The notes under the pieces are model-generated. The model saw nothing but the letters and a program-made list of their open reading frames with translations. It was not told the origin of the DNA and did not search any database. A stretch of 47,265 nt of DNA, from positions 1 to 47,265 of the forward strand of contig JALDZS010000180.1 of the NCBI GenBank assembly GCA_022813965.1, read 5' to 3'. Shown piece after piece: positions 35,213-47,265 of the stretch. The stretch's first letter is position 1, and each line of letters opens with the position of its first letter. The translations under genes and the position numbers were made by a program. Source of the stretch: Toensbergia leucococca. Its lineage: Eukaryota.

Positions 35213-37154
35213 AATGACCCTAGAGATGACTTATGACCTCCGCAACATTTGGTGATCTAAAGACGGCTTTGAATGTAATATTGCTACGAAGAGACCTGAG
35301 AGCTATTTGAGACGCAAATAGAATTCGAGTGATTACGAACAGCGAGGGCTCACTGGGAAGAACTGGTTTTTTACTTGGAGAGGACTTGACGCTCGGTGGC
35401 GATGTAATCTTACTACGATGGGTTGAGATGAGCTCTTTACATGCACCATCTGCGTGTGAAGGAATGGAAGTCTTGGTAGGTATCATCTAAGAACTTTATT
35501 TGGACCTCTGTTTCGTGTAACCTGCACTGCAAGGCAGGCGCGCCAATAATCCTCGAATGGATAGCAAAAGTCTTCCTTGGTCGATATGAAGGGCACACGC
35601 ACGTCGTCGCGACTTTCGATTCCTGTTGTGGTCTATCAGTACTGCAACACCAAGAGCATCCTCCACATTATCTTGCGAAGCCTAGATTTACACCCCAATA
35701 CACCTTTTGTATTCTCATCTCACCAAATGATATCACAGCCCCAATGGATATCGTCTATGAAGGCAGACTTTGTCATACCGCATTGTACCATTTCTATATT
35801 TCCAAGTAAAGCTACTATTCTACAAGACGGCGTACGATTTTCAACATAGAGCGATTCCTTTGGAAGGATGTCAGTCCATTCATCTTACGGAGTTGATTTG
35901 CACCTTTCGTCTAGTGATATCACACGATGCAGTCTCTTGTCTTGGGAGATGCTTAGGCAGGGTCTTCTTTTTTATTGTTTTACAAGAGGTCGAGTAGGTA
36001 GCTACGGTATGTTACTGCAGCAAGCATACACAGGTGACATCAGAGGCCAGCTGACGACCCTATACCCGCCTTATCAGGCATAGAAAACGACAAGCTCCTC
36101 TTACAGAAGAACCACTTTCGGGGGGATCCATCAATCCCCTCACAACCGGACGTGCGTTCTAATTATCGGCTTGAGAATTGCTTGCGTTATAGGTCCAACA
36201 AATTGTTTGATGATCACAAAATCACCTCTTCTCTGCTCTCAACCATCTTTTTAGCCTTCCATTCAGAGAGAACAGCCTAACGCGTGGACCAGTGGCAGCA
36301 AAGGCATTCAGTGTCGTCTATCCGTAGAAAGACTCCTTGTTCCTTCTTACCGTGGGTCTTGGGAGATACTTACTTTGACTAGAAGTTCAAACAACTTCAT
36401 CGTCATAAGCATCTAGGGTGAATTAGAAAGGACTACCTTACTAGCGGGCCGGCGCATAAAAGGCGGTTGAAACGCTTAGAGGCGGGATGAGAAAAGTATG
36501 AGGGCAGCAATGACAGAATAGATTTACTGTTACAAAGCCTCCTAGCAGTGTTCAAATTTCGGTTTCATTTGTAACTGCATTGGAAGGGGTACGAGGACCT
36601 TTCATTCCTGTGCTTAGCTTGAGAACGAGTAGTAGGTAGGCAAAATAATTTACTTGAAACGTTTCTCAAGCCTGGTAAAAGTGCACTAATTACGGAGTAA
36701 ACTCAATGAGGTACTCCAGGCCACTTACATTGAACAACAAACATTCACACACATCCGCGGCAAGGATCTGGCTCTGATAGGGTAGTGATAATGGCCTAGG
36801 GTCGTCCTCCGCAAGTCGCTATAAAGTAGGTCTGACTTCTGAAAGCTTATTATACCCACATAATTCTCTGTAAAATGAACATCCGACCGAAGGACGGTTG
36901 GATGCTCAGGGCAATGTTTAAATAGTAAGAACAAGGTCCATTTTTCATCGGCAAGTAGTGGTGTGCTATCCCTTATTCACATTTCCCTTACTTCCCTTTG
37001 CGACTGTCCCTACATCACCTTACCCATAACTACTTCCATTCTCATTGATTCAAGAAACCACTCTTGGAACGTAGGCATGAGCTTTCAGCTATTCCAAATC
37101 CGACTATACCGTCGACTCTCTTTTGCTGTACAGTAATTCTCATACCAAGGAGAC

Positions 37155-38341
37155 ATGTTTAATTTGCCATTCACATTCTCTATACTCCAAGTGCTCCTTC
37201 TCGCCGTCCATGTCTGCGCCGACTGCGAGTGCGGCTACACAGTGAACAACACGCTGTACACTGACTTGCTCGAGACCGACTTCTTGCACCTACCCAATAT
37301 TACCCTCGACACTGACTGGCTTCCTCAAAATTACACCGTCATAGCTGGATTGGCACGCGGTCCATATGGCAAGAACGCATCGATAAGTAACGTCATCTCC
37401 AACCCTCTCAAGAGCCAATACGACTGGTCAGGCGTTGGCGAGCTTGGTGGCGATCCAGGTCTTCAACTGTATGTCAGAGGTGGTATACCGGCAGATGGAT
37501 TGGTTCCTATGGCGGAGATGGCAACGCAAAGGGATGATATCCTGTATGGGAGCTTTCGAGCAGCAATGAAGGTCACGGGGGCACCCGGGACTTGTGGCGC
37601 ATTCTTCTGGGTATGTGTGTAACGATCCCATCTCTGTTGTCAGCATTACTAAGCTTTAAATGCAAGTACTTCAACGACACTCAAGAGATAGACATGGAAT
37701 TTCTCTCCAACCAGGCTAATCTCACCCATCATCCTGTCAACCTCGTCCTCCAATCCCCACTGTCGGAAGAAGATGGTTATAACGCCGTCAACACGCCGAC
37801 CTTCTCCTTACATCCTCTTCCCTTCATACCCGACTCTGCCTACCACGAATATCGTTTCGACTGGTCTCCCAGTTCGGTCTCTTTCTATGCCGACGGCGTC
37901 TTCCTCATATCAATGAACACGTCGGTCCCCACTTCTCCAGGCCACATCACATTGTCGCACTGGAGTAACGGCGACCAGCAATGGAGTGGTGGGCCACCGC
38001 AAGAGGATGCCATACTTACAGTGGAGTACTTCAAAGGGTATTTCAACTCTTCAAGTGAGACACGGCAGAACGATTGGGCTCAACGATGCAAGCAAGCGTC
38101 GGCACCGAATGCGACGTGTGTTGTACCCGAGGTGACAGCAGCTCCCGACGGGAACGTGAGTGCTAAGACGTGGTTCTTTAGCCAGCAAAATAATATGACG
38201 GTCAACCAGACGACATTTGGAGCCAATAATCACACTGGTGGGAAGAAGAGCGGAGCATCTTCAGGCTTGGACAACGGACTGTGGTGTTCAATTATGGTCA
38301 ATACACTGTTTGTCATGCGTTGGGTGTACCTATTTGTATAA
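37155..38341 (+). CDS. Secreted, possibly GPI-anchored glycoside hydrolase family 16 protein, 376 aa, 2 exons (37155-37610, 37667-38341)
   Basis: Signal peptide, DCECGY, YGSFRAAMK, GTCGAFFW|YFNDTQEIDMEF (catalytic ExDxE), HEYRFDW, WSGGPP, hydrophobic C-terminus. Intron 37611-37666. Confidence 0.92.
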
Positions 38342-39408
38342 ATGAGAGAGTGGAAGTGTACAACAACAGAATACAACAATTGATGGATTGGATTGGGATT
38401 GTGATAGTACTATGTAGAGCAAAGTTATGATAGTAAAGTCCAAAGCCAGGTATCCTTGAAGCAGTCGTTGGTACTCGGCCGATTGGTTTGCATAATGATA
38501 ATGATGATTCAGGGATAATTCAGGGATGATTGTCGTCGGTAATGTTATTACTTGTTAGAGTGTGATTTCGGACCCCCTGCAGCAATTTAATGTCGGCAAT
38601 TTCTCTTTGTTTTGATAGGACACTTCGGTGTGACTAGTCAGTAGCTAGGCCTAATTGAATGCAAAGCAATCAATCAATATCCGGTAGATAGCTAGGTATG
38701 TTTTGTAGGGAGGTGGGAGCTACTCCACTGTCACCACCATGCATCTAATAATACAAGATGATCCAATAGATTATCTATCCGTAGTTCAATGAGTAAGGAT
38801 GTGCTTTCCTACGCGTCCATCTCTCTCCTCCTCCTTGCCTATTTCTTACTTCCAGTCTGTCGTTATCCAAAGCCTATGTGTGTATGTCTTGACACTTGAC
38901 ATAGAATTCTATTCTACTTCCACTCTTTACCCACTTCCCATCGTCCCTTCTTTATCGGGAACATAATAAACAACCTTCCCCTTACGTCTGTCGGCTCTTC
39001 TATCTCAAGCTTGGACCTTTGCCACCTTACCATAATCAATAATTCCAGCACATATACGCACAGGCCTTTTTACAAGGCCTTGATGTGCAAAAGCTTCCAA
39101 TTTCTCGCCATATTTGCAACCGAGTACCCGATTATTGCGGCATTCTGAAACGCTTTCCGATACGAGAACGCTGCCGTACTGGTGACACCTGAGGCATAAT
39201 CGAATACGGCTCAATCCACACCTACATTCATCAATTCAATTCGACTCTACGCCAGAGACACTACCAGGCCGCCCATACCTCCAGCTTACGCCATACCTCG
39301 CCGTTGGCCATTGGCATATTCTCGAAGCTCTCATCTCTGCCAAACCTTCTCCGGGTCTTCGCAGAGATACTCTCCGGAAGAAAGGATAATCTCACTCCCA
39401 CTCTCACA

Positions 39409-39920
39409 ATGCGCCTCTCACTGCTCTCTCTCCTCCTCCTTCCCCTCCTCGCCGCATCCCAATCGCCCCCTTCTCCCGCAACAACAGCTACCTCCATCGC
39501 CCTTCCAACAACACCACCACTACAACCTCCCATTGACCCTGCCCTCGAACTCCGTCAACTTGATGTCGGCGCCGTTCCCACTTCCGCCATCCCAGCTACG
39601 CAAGTCTCTCCCGTCACAACCATCGTAAGTTAGAGTTCTGAAAGAAATCAAACCTCTTATCTACTTCTAACGTTTTTCAGTGGGTCCAGACCGTCATCGA
39701 TGGCAAGAGTACCGCCGTCCAAGTCGCCTACACCCAAACATTCGCTTCGGTGCCTGTGCAAGGATCTGGCCCGCTGGACGGGAGTGTGGGCTTGGGAACG
39801 TTGACAGGGACTGTGGGGGCAGTGAGGACGGATGAGGCGGACAGTGGGGTTGGGAGGGTTGCGGTTGGGGGGGCGTTGGTGGGTGTGGTTATTTTGACGG
39901 GGGGCTTGCTTACCGGTTGA
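39409..39920 (+). CDS. Kre1-like small Ser/Thr-rich GPI-anchored cell-surface protein, 151 aa, 2 exons (39409-39624, 39681-39920)
   Basis: Signal peptide MRLSLLSLLLLPLLAAS; intron 39625-39680 (GTAAGT...CTAAC...CAG). Exon 2 reads WVQTVIDGKSTAVQVAYTQTFAS...GSVGLGTLTGTVGAVRT, resembling the Kre1 C-terminal motif, then a hydrophobic GPI-type tail to TGA at 39920. Exon 2 is absent from the ORF track. Confidence 0.8.
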
Positions 39921-40365
39921 GAGGATTTGGCCATTACGGGAGAGCAAAATTTGATGGATTGGCCCGTTCGGAGATTCCCTCTTGCCAAGATGCGAGAATC
40001 AGGAGAGAGACTTACAGCCGATGGAGAAGACAGTAGAGCGCCAGATACCGAGACTCTGGCCGAGCTTGCATGGCCAAGGATTTTTAGACGAATGTTTCCC
40101 GGCGCGGAAGCAAGAGGCTGGGGGCCTCGGTGCATGTTTATTTGGGGATAGGACTCGCTCAAGTGCTGGGCGAGTTCGTTGCTTGGTGCATACATGGACT
40201 CTTTTTGAAAGATTGTACATACCATTGTAGATTTTGGCTCGTGTTGGGACGTATGAATTAGATTGGGGTTTGTTGTATTTGCTTTGCTTGCGTGTTTGGA
40301 TATTTTTACTTTGAATGTTTAGGGTGAACTGATGACTGGCCGGATTCATTTACTCATTGGTACTG

Positions 40366-40369
<4 letters not shown>

Positions 40370-40396
<27 letters not shown>
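40370..40396 (+). repeat. Poly(T) tract, 27 nt
   Basis: Uninterrupted T run about 450 bp downstream of the Kre1-like stop codon. Confidence 0.95.
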
Positions 40397-40769
40397 GTTA
40401 ATGTGAATGGGATGTGGTTGTTTGGGGATAGGTTAAGTCATGCTTTTTTTCTTTTAGTGTGCGGGTGTTTATTGTACGTGTACGAGTACCTATATCTATC
40501 ACTTGTTGTTTTGATATCTGAAGGGGTGTGTGAGAATAGATGGATTTGTTGCTTCTTCTTTCCCTGCCCCTCCCACCACTTTTTTTTTGGGCTTTGCGTT
40601 GCGTTGCGTTGTAGAATGTCACGTCAACTGCAAAATGCAATAATAATAAATTTTATTCAGGTTTCAAGTTTCACTTTGATAAATGAGAGTATCATTACAC
40701 GGGCGAGAAATACGAGGGTTTCTTGTATGGAAGGAAGGGAAGAAGGAGATGGGTTAGTGCTGATGATTT

Positions 40770-41260
40770 AGGGGTTGTGGATGTTGGGTGTTGGGTGTTG
40801 GGTGGTGAATATAAAAAATTGGGATTGGAATTGTGGATTGGGATTGGGATTGGGATTTTGTGATTAGAATTTTGAATTTTGTGTTAAGGGGAGTGCATCA
40901 CCTCTCCGTGTCTCTTCCGTCTTTTTTTCCCCTTGGTTCTCTCCTCTAAACTCCTCTAAACTCCTCCGACCTCCGCTCGATCCCTCATTCACCCCATCAC
41001 ACCCCTCTCCCCCACACACAAACCCCTCTCCCCCTAAAACACCAAATCACCAACCTACCCCCCCAACAAAGCTCAAACCACCCACAACAGATGCAGTCCC
41101 AACCCATCTATTCAAATATTGATAAAAAGTCCCCCCGGGGGGTGGGTACGGGAGGGATGTATGGGTGCTGAGAGAGTGGGATTTTGTGGTTTTGATGCTG
41201 TCGGGGGGCGTTGGGTGGGGATGGGAAGGGGTGGTGAGGATGGAGGATGGGAGAGAAGTA
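40770..41260. repeat. Alternating G-rich / C-rich low-complexity blocks with (TGTTGGG)3 and (GGGATT)3 microrepeats
   Basis: G/T-rich 40770-40860, C/A-rich 40900-41110, G-rich 41135-41260, in the convergent intergenic region. Confidence 0.75.
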
Positions 41261-41998
41261 GATGGAGTTTTTGTGTGGTGAGAAGAGTAAGGAAAGGGGC
41301 GGATGATGTGAAAGTCAACATAGAAAGAAAAACAAAAAGCAAAAAAGAAAAAACAACACTACACAAGGAGAGGGATAGAGAATGAGGCCTGCATGGCGCA
41401 AAGAATTAATCAACCAACCACCTTTCGAGCAAGAATCACGAGACATAATTCGCCACATACAACACATCACTCAAAAAGGATCAGGTTCTAAATAGTCCGT
41501 ATACCAACTTGCTTTACATTCTTCGAAAAGCAGTATAATTACAAATCTCCCATACCCCCCCAAACAATTTGAAAGAAAAGGCCTCCCTTTCTCCATCAAC
41601 CATCACGCTACCCGCTGCCCCGCCCCTAACCACCAGCTTGAATAAGCACAAGAAAGGGAAACGGAAGGTATCTGTGTGAGAAATAGGCAAGAAGCATAGT
41701 AGCGAACAAGGTATATGGGAAGCAGTAAGTATTAAATAAGATGGTGAATATGCAATGGTAGCAAAAGCAGGTCCAGCCCGAGTGTGAGGGTCGTAGAGGA
41801 AGTAGGTGAGAAGAAACTTTTATCAGAAAGCAATGATGCAGTCCTGCTCCGCCGTGATCGATGAGGAACGCCCAAACCATGGATCCCAAACGCCGTGTTG
41901 GAGTGAAGAGGAGGGAGGAGAAACTGGCATCAATCTAGGTAGAAAAAGAAGGAGGCGAGTAGAGGAGAATCGTTAATCGTCGTCAGAGGTTGGCAAGT

Positions 41999-44703
41999 CT
42001 AATAGGTAGTTTCCATGTCGAGCTCCACGCCCTGGGAAGACATTGTAGGAGTGCTTACGCTAGAGCCCGAGGTTACGGCATCTTCGTAGCCGACGAGCGC
42101 TTGCGAATGGAGCTTGAAGGATTCGCCCATGAGTTTGGTGATTCTGTTGAGAATTAGTAAATTTGGAGTCTTTAATTGAACGGATTTCATGGGTTCCGAC
42201 TCACCCCCAAACCACAACCTCATCAAGCATGCTACCCCAAAGACGAGCAACTGTTGAGCTAAGCTTCGAGCCATATACATCGACAGAGTCGTCATCGAAG
42301 AGGTTCCGGACTTTATTGTACATGGCCAGTTCTTCTTCAGTGGCAGGCTCTTCGTCGTGCTCCAGACGGTACAACCATAGACTGAGAATAACCATGAGGT
42401 CTAGTCCACATAGAGGATGTTCGACGCTCCAGTTCGTGGCGCAGGTTCTACCAACCCATTTGATACCTTGCAAAGCGACTATCTCTATACAGTCAAAACA
42501 TTCTTGGATAACCTTGATCATCTCTTGCGACCTTTTGACCTTGTCTCTTGCAGTACTCATCGCCGCAGCGACTTCATACGAGTCATGATATCGTAGTGCC
42601 TCTTGGATAGCCTTCAAGTCAACCTCCAAGCGAGCCCGTGTGTTTCGATACATGGCCATGGCGTTGAAGATGAGCGGGTGCCCCTTGTGCGGTGCGCTGA
42701 GATGAACCACTATGGTCTCGGGTTCACACAGATCCAAGGACTGCTCCCATGTTTCGAGTGCGAGGCGGAGTTTGTATTCTGTGACCACATCCTGCAAGGC
42801 CTCGAAGCTTCGCTTGTGATACCAAACTTCGAGGAACAGAGCATTAATCATGACCCGTGTCGCAAAGGCGCTGTATCGAATGGCCTCGCCTTGGAAAAGG
42901 CTGTCGTGTGCTTCACGAACGGTTATAATTGTGGAGGCAGTCAAGCTCTCACGCCATGACTCCTTGTCTGAAACCTCTAGATTCCAAAGTGATTCTGACG
43001 AAGGAAGCTCCAAGGAATCAAACTCGTTGAAGCTGATGGCTGGTGTATGATTGTACGTCAGCGTGAGCATGCCGAAGAATATGTATACAGCGTAATATGT
43101 CCGTCTACATCCTTCGTCTTCAACCCACTCCTCATGGCTGGGTTGAGCACCTTCACGTGCTTCGGAGCGAAGTTTGAGTTCATATCGATTGCCCGCTACC
43201 ATCTGCGCTAGAGTCAGGAAAGCGCTCCATGTGCATCAACAAGATAGCACTTACATTGGCAAGTAGACTTTTGATAGAGCAGGCCCATTCAAGACCCTTT
43301 GGATCACCGCTCCAGCTGGCAAATATCATATTCAGCAAAGTACTCTGCATAGTCCACAAAGGACATTTACGCGAACTGAAGCTCTCCTTGTTCTGCAGAA
43401 ACTGATTGACCAGCAACTTTGACCCAATGTGAAACATGTATGCCTTGTCTTGGTTGAATGTGTACAACGCACCAATAGAAAGCACTGCGAGAAGTAGTGG
43501 AGGAGACACTTGACTAGGGTTGAAGGATTCAGGATGTAGAAACGGCAGATGATGATGGAAAAGACTGAAATAAGCCGTCAAGCATTTGTTTACTTCGGTC
43601 CTGCTTCCAATTTCAAAGGTAGACTGCATGGTTCGCTCGCCATCGCATGACTTGATTTTCTCTTGAATGACGTTGAAATCGTCTTCTGACTGGACCTGTG
43701 GAGCTTTTGGTGAAGTCAAGGCTTGACTTGGACCGGGCGACCGCCGGTAGTCGACGGGCGAGACAGGCCCTGTCATAAAAGGGTAAGGCGACAAGCCATT
43801 AGGGGTGGCAGAACCCGAAATGGGCATAGAATTGAGGGATTGGAGGGCAGGAGCGAGAGCGTCACCAGCGGAAGGATATCTCTCCATCATCGGAGGCAGT
43901 TGGTTCGGATGGGGTTGGATGGTGCTGGCGCTGGTAAAGGAAAGCTGCGACAGTTGAGAATCTTGCGAGCCAGAAAGGCTGGAAGAAATTGAATGGGCTT
44001 TGGGTTCAATTACCGACTGTGACATGAAAGCATCCCATGGCATCTGAGGCAACGGCAACGCACTCGACAAATAGGGCGCGGTTGAATCGAACATGGTTGT
44101 ATGATCTGGAGAGTAGGGCGTGGATGACACCTCGACATCGAGGTCTTGGTTGGCCATGGCGGCTGTAGCTTTGTGATGAAGGTCGGTCATCAACATTGCA
44201 GCAGTCTCGAGATCAACCATACCATCACTGCTTGCCTCTATTTGTTCCAGCGTTGCCGTATCCAATCCGATAGACGTCTTGGACGAAGTTGCCATGGGCG
44301 ATGTCTTTGCGCCAGGTCGTCGCTTGACCTCGCTGTGCAGCGGAATGCCTCCATCTTTGGCATGCACGGTGCGATCATGTCGTAGGAGCAAATCTCGACG
44401 CACAAAGGTGCTCCGGCACTTGAGACATTTGAAAGGTCGCTCTTTGGTATCTGCGCATAGTGTTGATTAGTCGCTTTAGTTATTGTGACAATGAGGTTGA
44501 CCCCGCCATGAACCCCACGACAAAGCAGACTAATGTAGGATAAACTTACGCGATCTTTCGTGCCTGCTCCGATGTTCACTCCTACTGAAGGCTCGACTAC
44601 AATAGGAGCATTTGTACTTCTTTTCCGCGACACCACTGGATGGCTTCCGGTGGGGAGTGGTTGGGGAGGCGGCTGAAGGAGTGGCGGTAGCAGCAGCAGG
44701 CAT
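41999..44703 (-). CDS. C2H2 zinc-finger transcription factor with fungal-specific TF (Fungal_trans) domain, 830 aa, 4 exons (44703-44550, 44450-43255, 43202-42205, 42143-41999)
   Basis: YKCSYCSRAFSRSEHRSRHERSH|TKERPFKCLKCRSTFVRRDLLLRHDRTVH (two fingers), then YFSLFHHHLPFLH, LLLAVLSIGALY, WVEDEGCRRTYY and LPSSESLW. Adr1/Rsf2/Klf1-like architecture; three GT-AG introns keep frame. Confidence 0.92.
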
Positions 44704-47265
44704 TTTGACGCTTTGGCAAAAGATGGACGTCAGATTTTATCCAGGTCTTGTCAAAATGATTGCTGAACTGGATAGATTGATGTGTAGCGAAAGAACTGTT
44801 CCCTCATTCATGCCGTGATGGTGGAGAAATTGTGACGACAATGGGGAGGAGATAAGTGGGCAGTTATGCTACCCTATTCTAGTTAGGCGAGAAGATGATT
44901 TGATACTCTAGCCATGGGTCCTTTTCTTCGATGGGAAAAACTGGTTGATTACCTGTCGTGCTTGACTTTCTGGCGTGATGGATCAGTATAATTATTTAAT
45001 GGATGTGTTATCACGATTAATTCTTCGAGAGGGGTGTTGATAGCTACCTATTTACAAAAGGGGCTTGTATTCGAGGCTAAACTAGTACTCGTCAAATACT
45101 AGGTAAGGTAATATTGCTGGCATTTGTGAGATGTGATAGGTACCTAGACATCAGAATACCTGGTACGGACACTCTCGTACTGGCTGTACATTGACTACGG
45201 CAGGGACCAGTCATATCCCGTATCAGCCTCACAAGAGGCGAGATTCTTGTGCCACGTCAAACCCCTCTGTGCCTAAACTTTGCCGCCTCGTTGTCTCGGG
45301 AATCGGTAGGTACATCAGAAATCAAGATGGTGGTGGGGGTGGTCTCGCTTTGAGACAGGCCACCAGGCATTTAATCTTTTCCAAATGACGTGAAATCATC
45401 GACAGCACTCCATATGCTATTGCCACCTCAAATTAGAATAGAGTGATAGGTCTGTGCATACGATACCTTTTGCCTTTATGCACTGAATATCACCGTGCGT
45501 GTCCATTCGGTAGAATAGGTAGAATACGGTGTAGAGGCACATTTGACGCAAAACCTACATTAATGTGTCCTACCGTAACTTCTTAATCTTGCCGCTTGGT
45601 TTTCATTCGTAATGCTAACTGCTATCATCATCTAGGTATTCTATTTCATTAACGGTCCGAGCCTGCGATAACCCATCTCCCGTGTCCCCTCCCCTCCCCC
45701 CTCTATCCCATGAATCCATCAACTGTCAAATCTGGGCGTTTCCATTGCTTGTTCCCTGCATTGACCGATGCAAGGATTACAAGCTTGCCGGTTTGCTCTA
45801 AACAACTAGGGCCTCCGTACCAACTGCTTCTGGTCATCTCTGATGATCCGACTTTCCCGGAAGGCCACCAAAGCTACGTTAGCTGCTCCAAGGACCCGGT
45901 CAATCGCGTGGCTGACAGTTTGCGACTTCATGTCCGGTTGTCCCCCATTCGACCAGTCACAGTCGAACAGATCCCATGAACCACGTCTGGTGCAAGCTGA
46001 ATGAGGCCATCGAGCCATGGACTGTATGAGCATGCCAATAAATTGATACCGAGTTCAGAACTAATGATTGGAAGCATCAAAAACTCTAACAGATTATAGG
46101 TTCACCGCTGCCGCGATACTCTCCTTGCCCGGCTCCCTAATAACATTAAACTCGGCACCCCCGGCATCTTCAAAACGACTACTCCACACCAGTCGTACTC
46201 CCGTTTCCGCGCTCCGCAACATGTCCGTTTATGGAGGATTGAGAGAGTGACGGTCAAAGAGCCGCGGGAACTGGTACGGAGCTGCTTTCGAATTCTTTGG
46301 CGGTGAGTACGAGGACTCGAGGAGCTAGAAAAGCTTGGACAGAACTGCGCGGACCAAGCTTGATTTCGCAGGTACTCTAGGGAAGTAGAAATGACCTCGA
46401 GCGCTGCTGATGAACCTATTCACCCTTCGTACGCAACCGGCAAGCAGTCAAGTTCCCCGCTATTACCCCTCTATTGGACTATTCTATTCCGGCCTAGATA
46501 CGAGTGCTATAAACACCTTGCTACTCGTACTCGTACATGCTCGAAAAGTTCTGTGGACTTGTGTACAACAGCTTAACGGGTTGAAGAAGTACACAAAGGC
46601 CGGTATTGAAAGAACTCGAGTGACACTAACACCAAAAGACTTCAAGAGCCAGTCCCTTGGCAGGACTGAAGAACATACGGGAGTACTTCTTCAACCGCTG
46701 TCAAAGAGCCTAGAGAAAGGATTAAGAATCTCAACTAGTGTCGAAAGCCTGTCATCGTTCATTTCAGCAAGGGCCCATTATTGCTTCTAGTCAATGCTTA
46801 TGCAAGGAGGGAACTTTTACCCTCATAATTCGGCGGATGTGTGAAGTGTCTTCCGTAACGCTGCTGTAGGCAGCCTCTTCTGTGAACATCAGGAAGATCA
46901 TGAACCTAAGCGCATGGCCCCTTGACGGATCAACTCTATTTTATGAGTCGTTAGAAGATAGCATGATATCTTCCCCATGGTCAATATGAAGAGGAAAACA
47001 GCTCCCTTGAAAAACTACAGGGGATTGAAAAACCTATTGAGAGATCTGTCAAATAGAAAAATGTCGGTTTGATTTCATTTGACAGCTGATTTTTACCGCG
47101 ATATGATTTGCTGCTGTGGAACCAGCAAGAAGCATGACACGCACAGGTGACTGATACAACGCATGAGGAATGGAAAACAGTTATACTCATGATTCGGTAG
47201 AGAAGCAAAGCGGGGAACAAAAAGGGGGTTCCTATGAGAAGATTGGAAATAGTTCACTTACAAGA

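Noticed and set aside
35220..36934. Several 69-90 aa ORFs between UPRT and GH16
   Set aside because: I could not join them with credible introns, and there is no homology signal or transposon hallmark.
40326..40369. Two CTGATGA words resembling C/D snoRNA boxes or a hammerhead core
   Set aside because: Only ~35 nt apart, with no terminal stem, no recognisable guide and no GAAA partner.
40840..40857. (GGGATT)3 as a telomeric repeat
   Set aside because: It is TTAGGG reversed, not its complement, so it is not telomere-derived.
46410..46790. 126-aa ORF, plus other short ORFs at 45191-47220
   Set aside because: No recognisable motif, signal peptide or supporting splice structure; lengths are compatible with chance.

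Overview
Gene-dense, intron-containing nuclear DNA from a filamentous ascomycete (Pezizomycotina-type short GT-AG introns with CTRAY branch sites); the finer taxon cannot be fixed from this window. I rebuilt 13 intact spliced genes by hand, and every exon chain closes in frame: a Sec2-type coiled-coil protein, a PTH11-like 7TM protein, an F-box-like protein, RRP5, a Cdt2-like WD40 protein, a Tim17-like membrane protein, eIF4B, the ~2900-aa FMP27/Hobbit (BLTP2) lipid-transfer protein, a FEX fluoride exporter, uracil phosphoribosyltransferase, a GH16 enzyme, a Kre1-like GPI protein and a C2H2/fungal-TF-domain regulator. I saw no rRNA, tRNA, transposon or CRISPR. The most striking item is a hidden gene at 1968-2547 (-) for a small secreted Cys-rich, toxin-like protein. 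It is broken only by one in-frame TAG in its signal peptide, and that TAG sits in a hairpin loop in the sequence context of fungal stop-restoring A-to-I editing. Other points of interest: a 3-nt microexon in eIF4B, a candidate RRP5 5'UTR intron whose splicing would create an AUG-UAA start-stop element, a selectively conserved duplication in the FEX N-terminus, and an interstitial telomere-like tract inside the accessory block.
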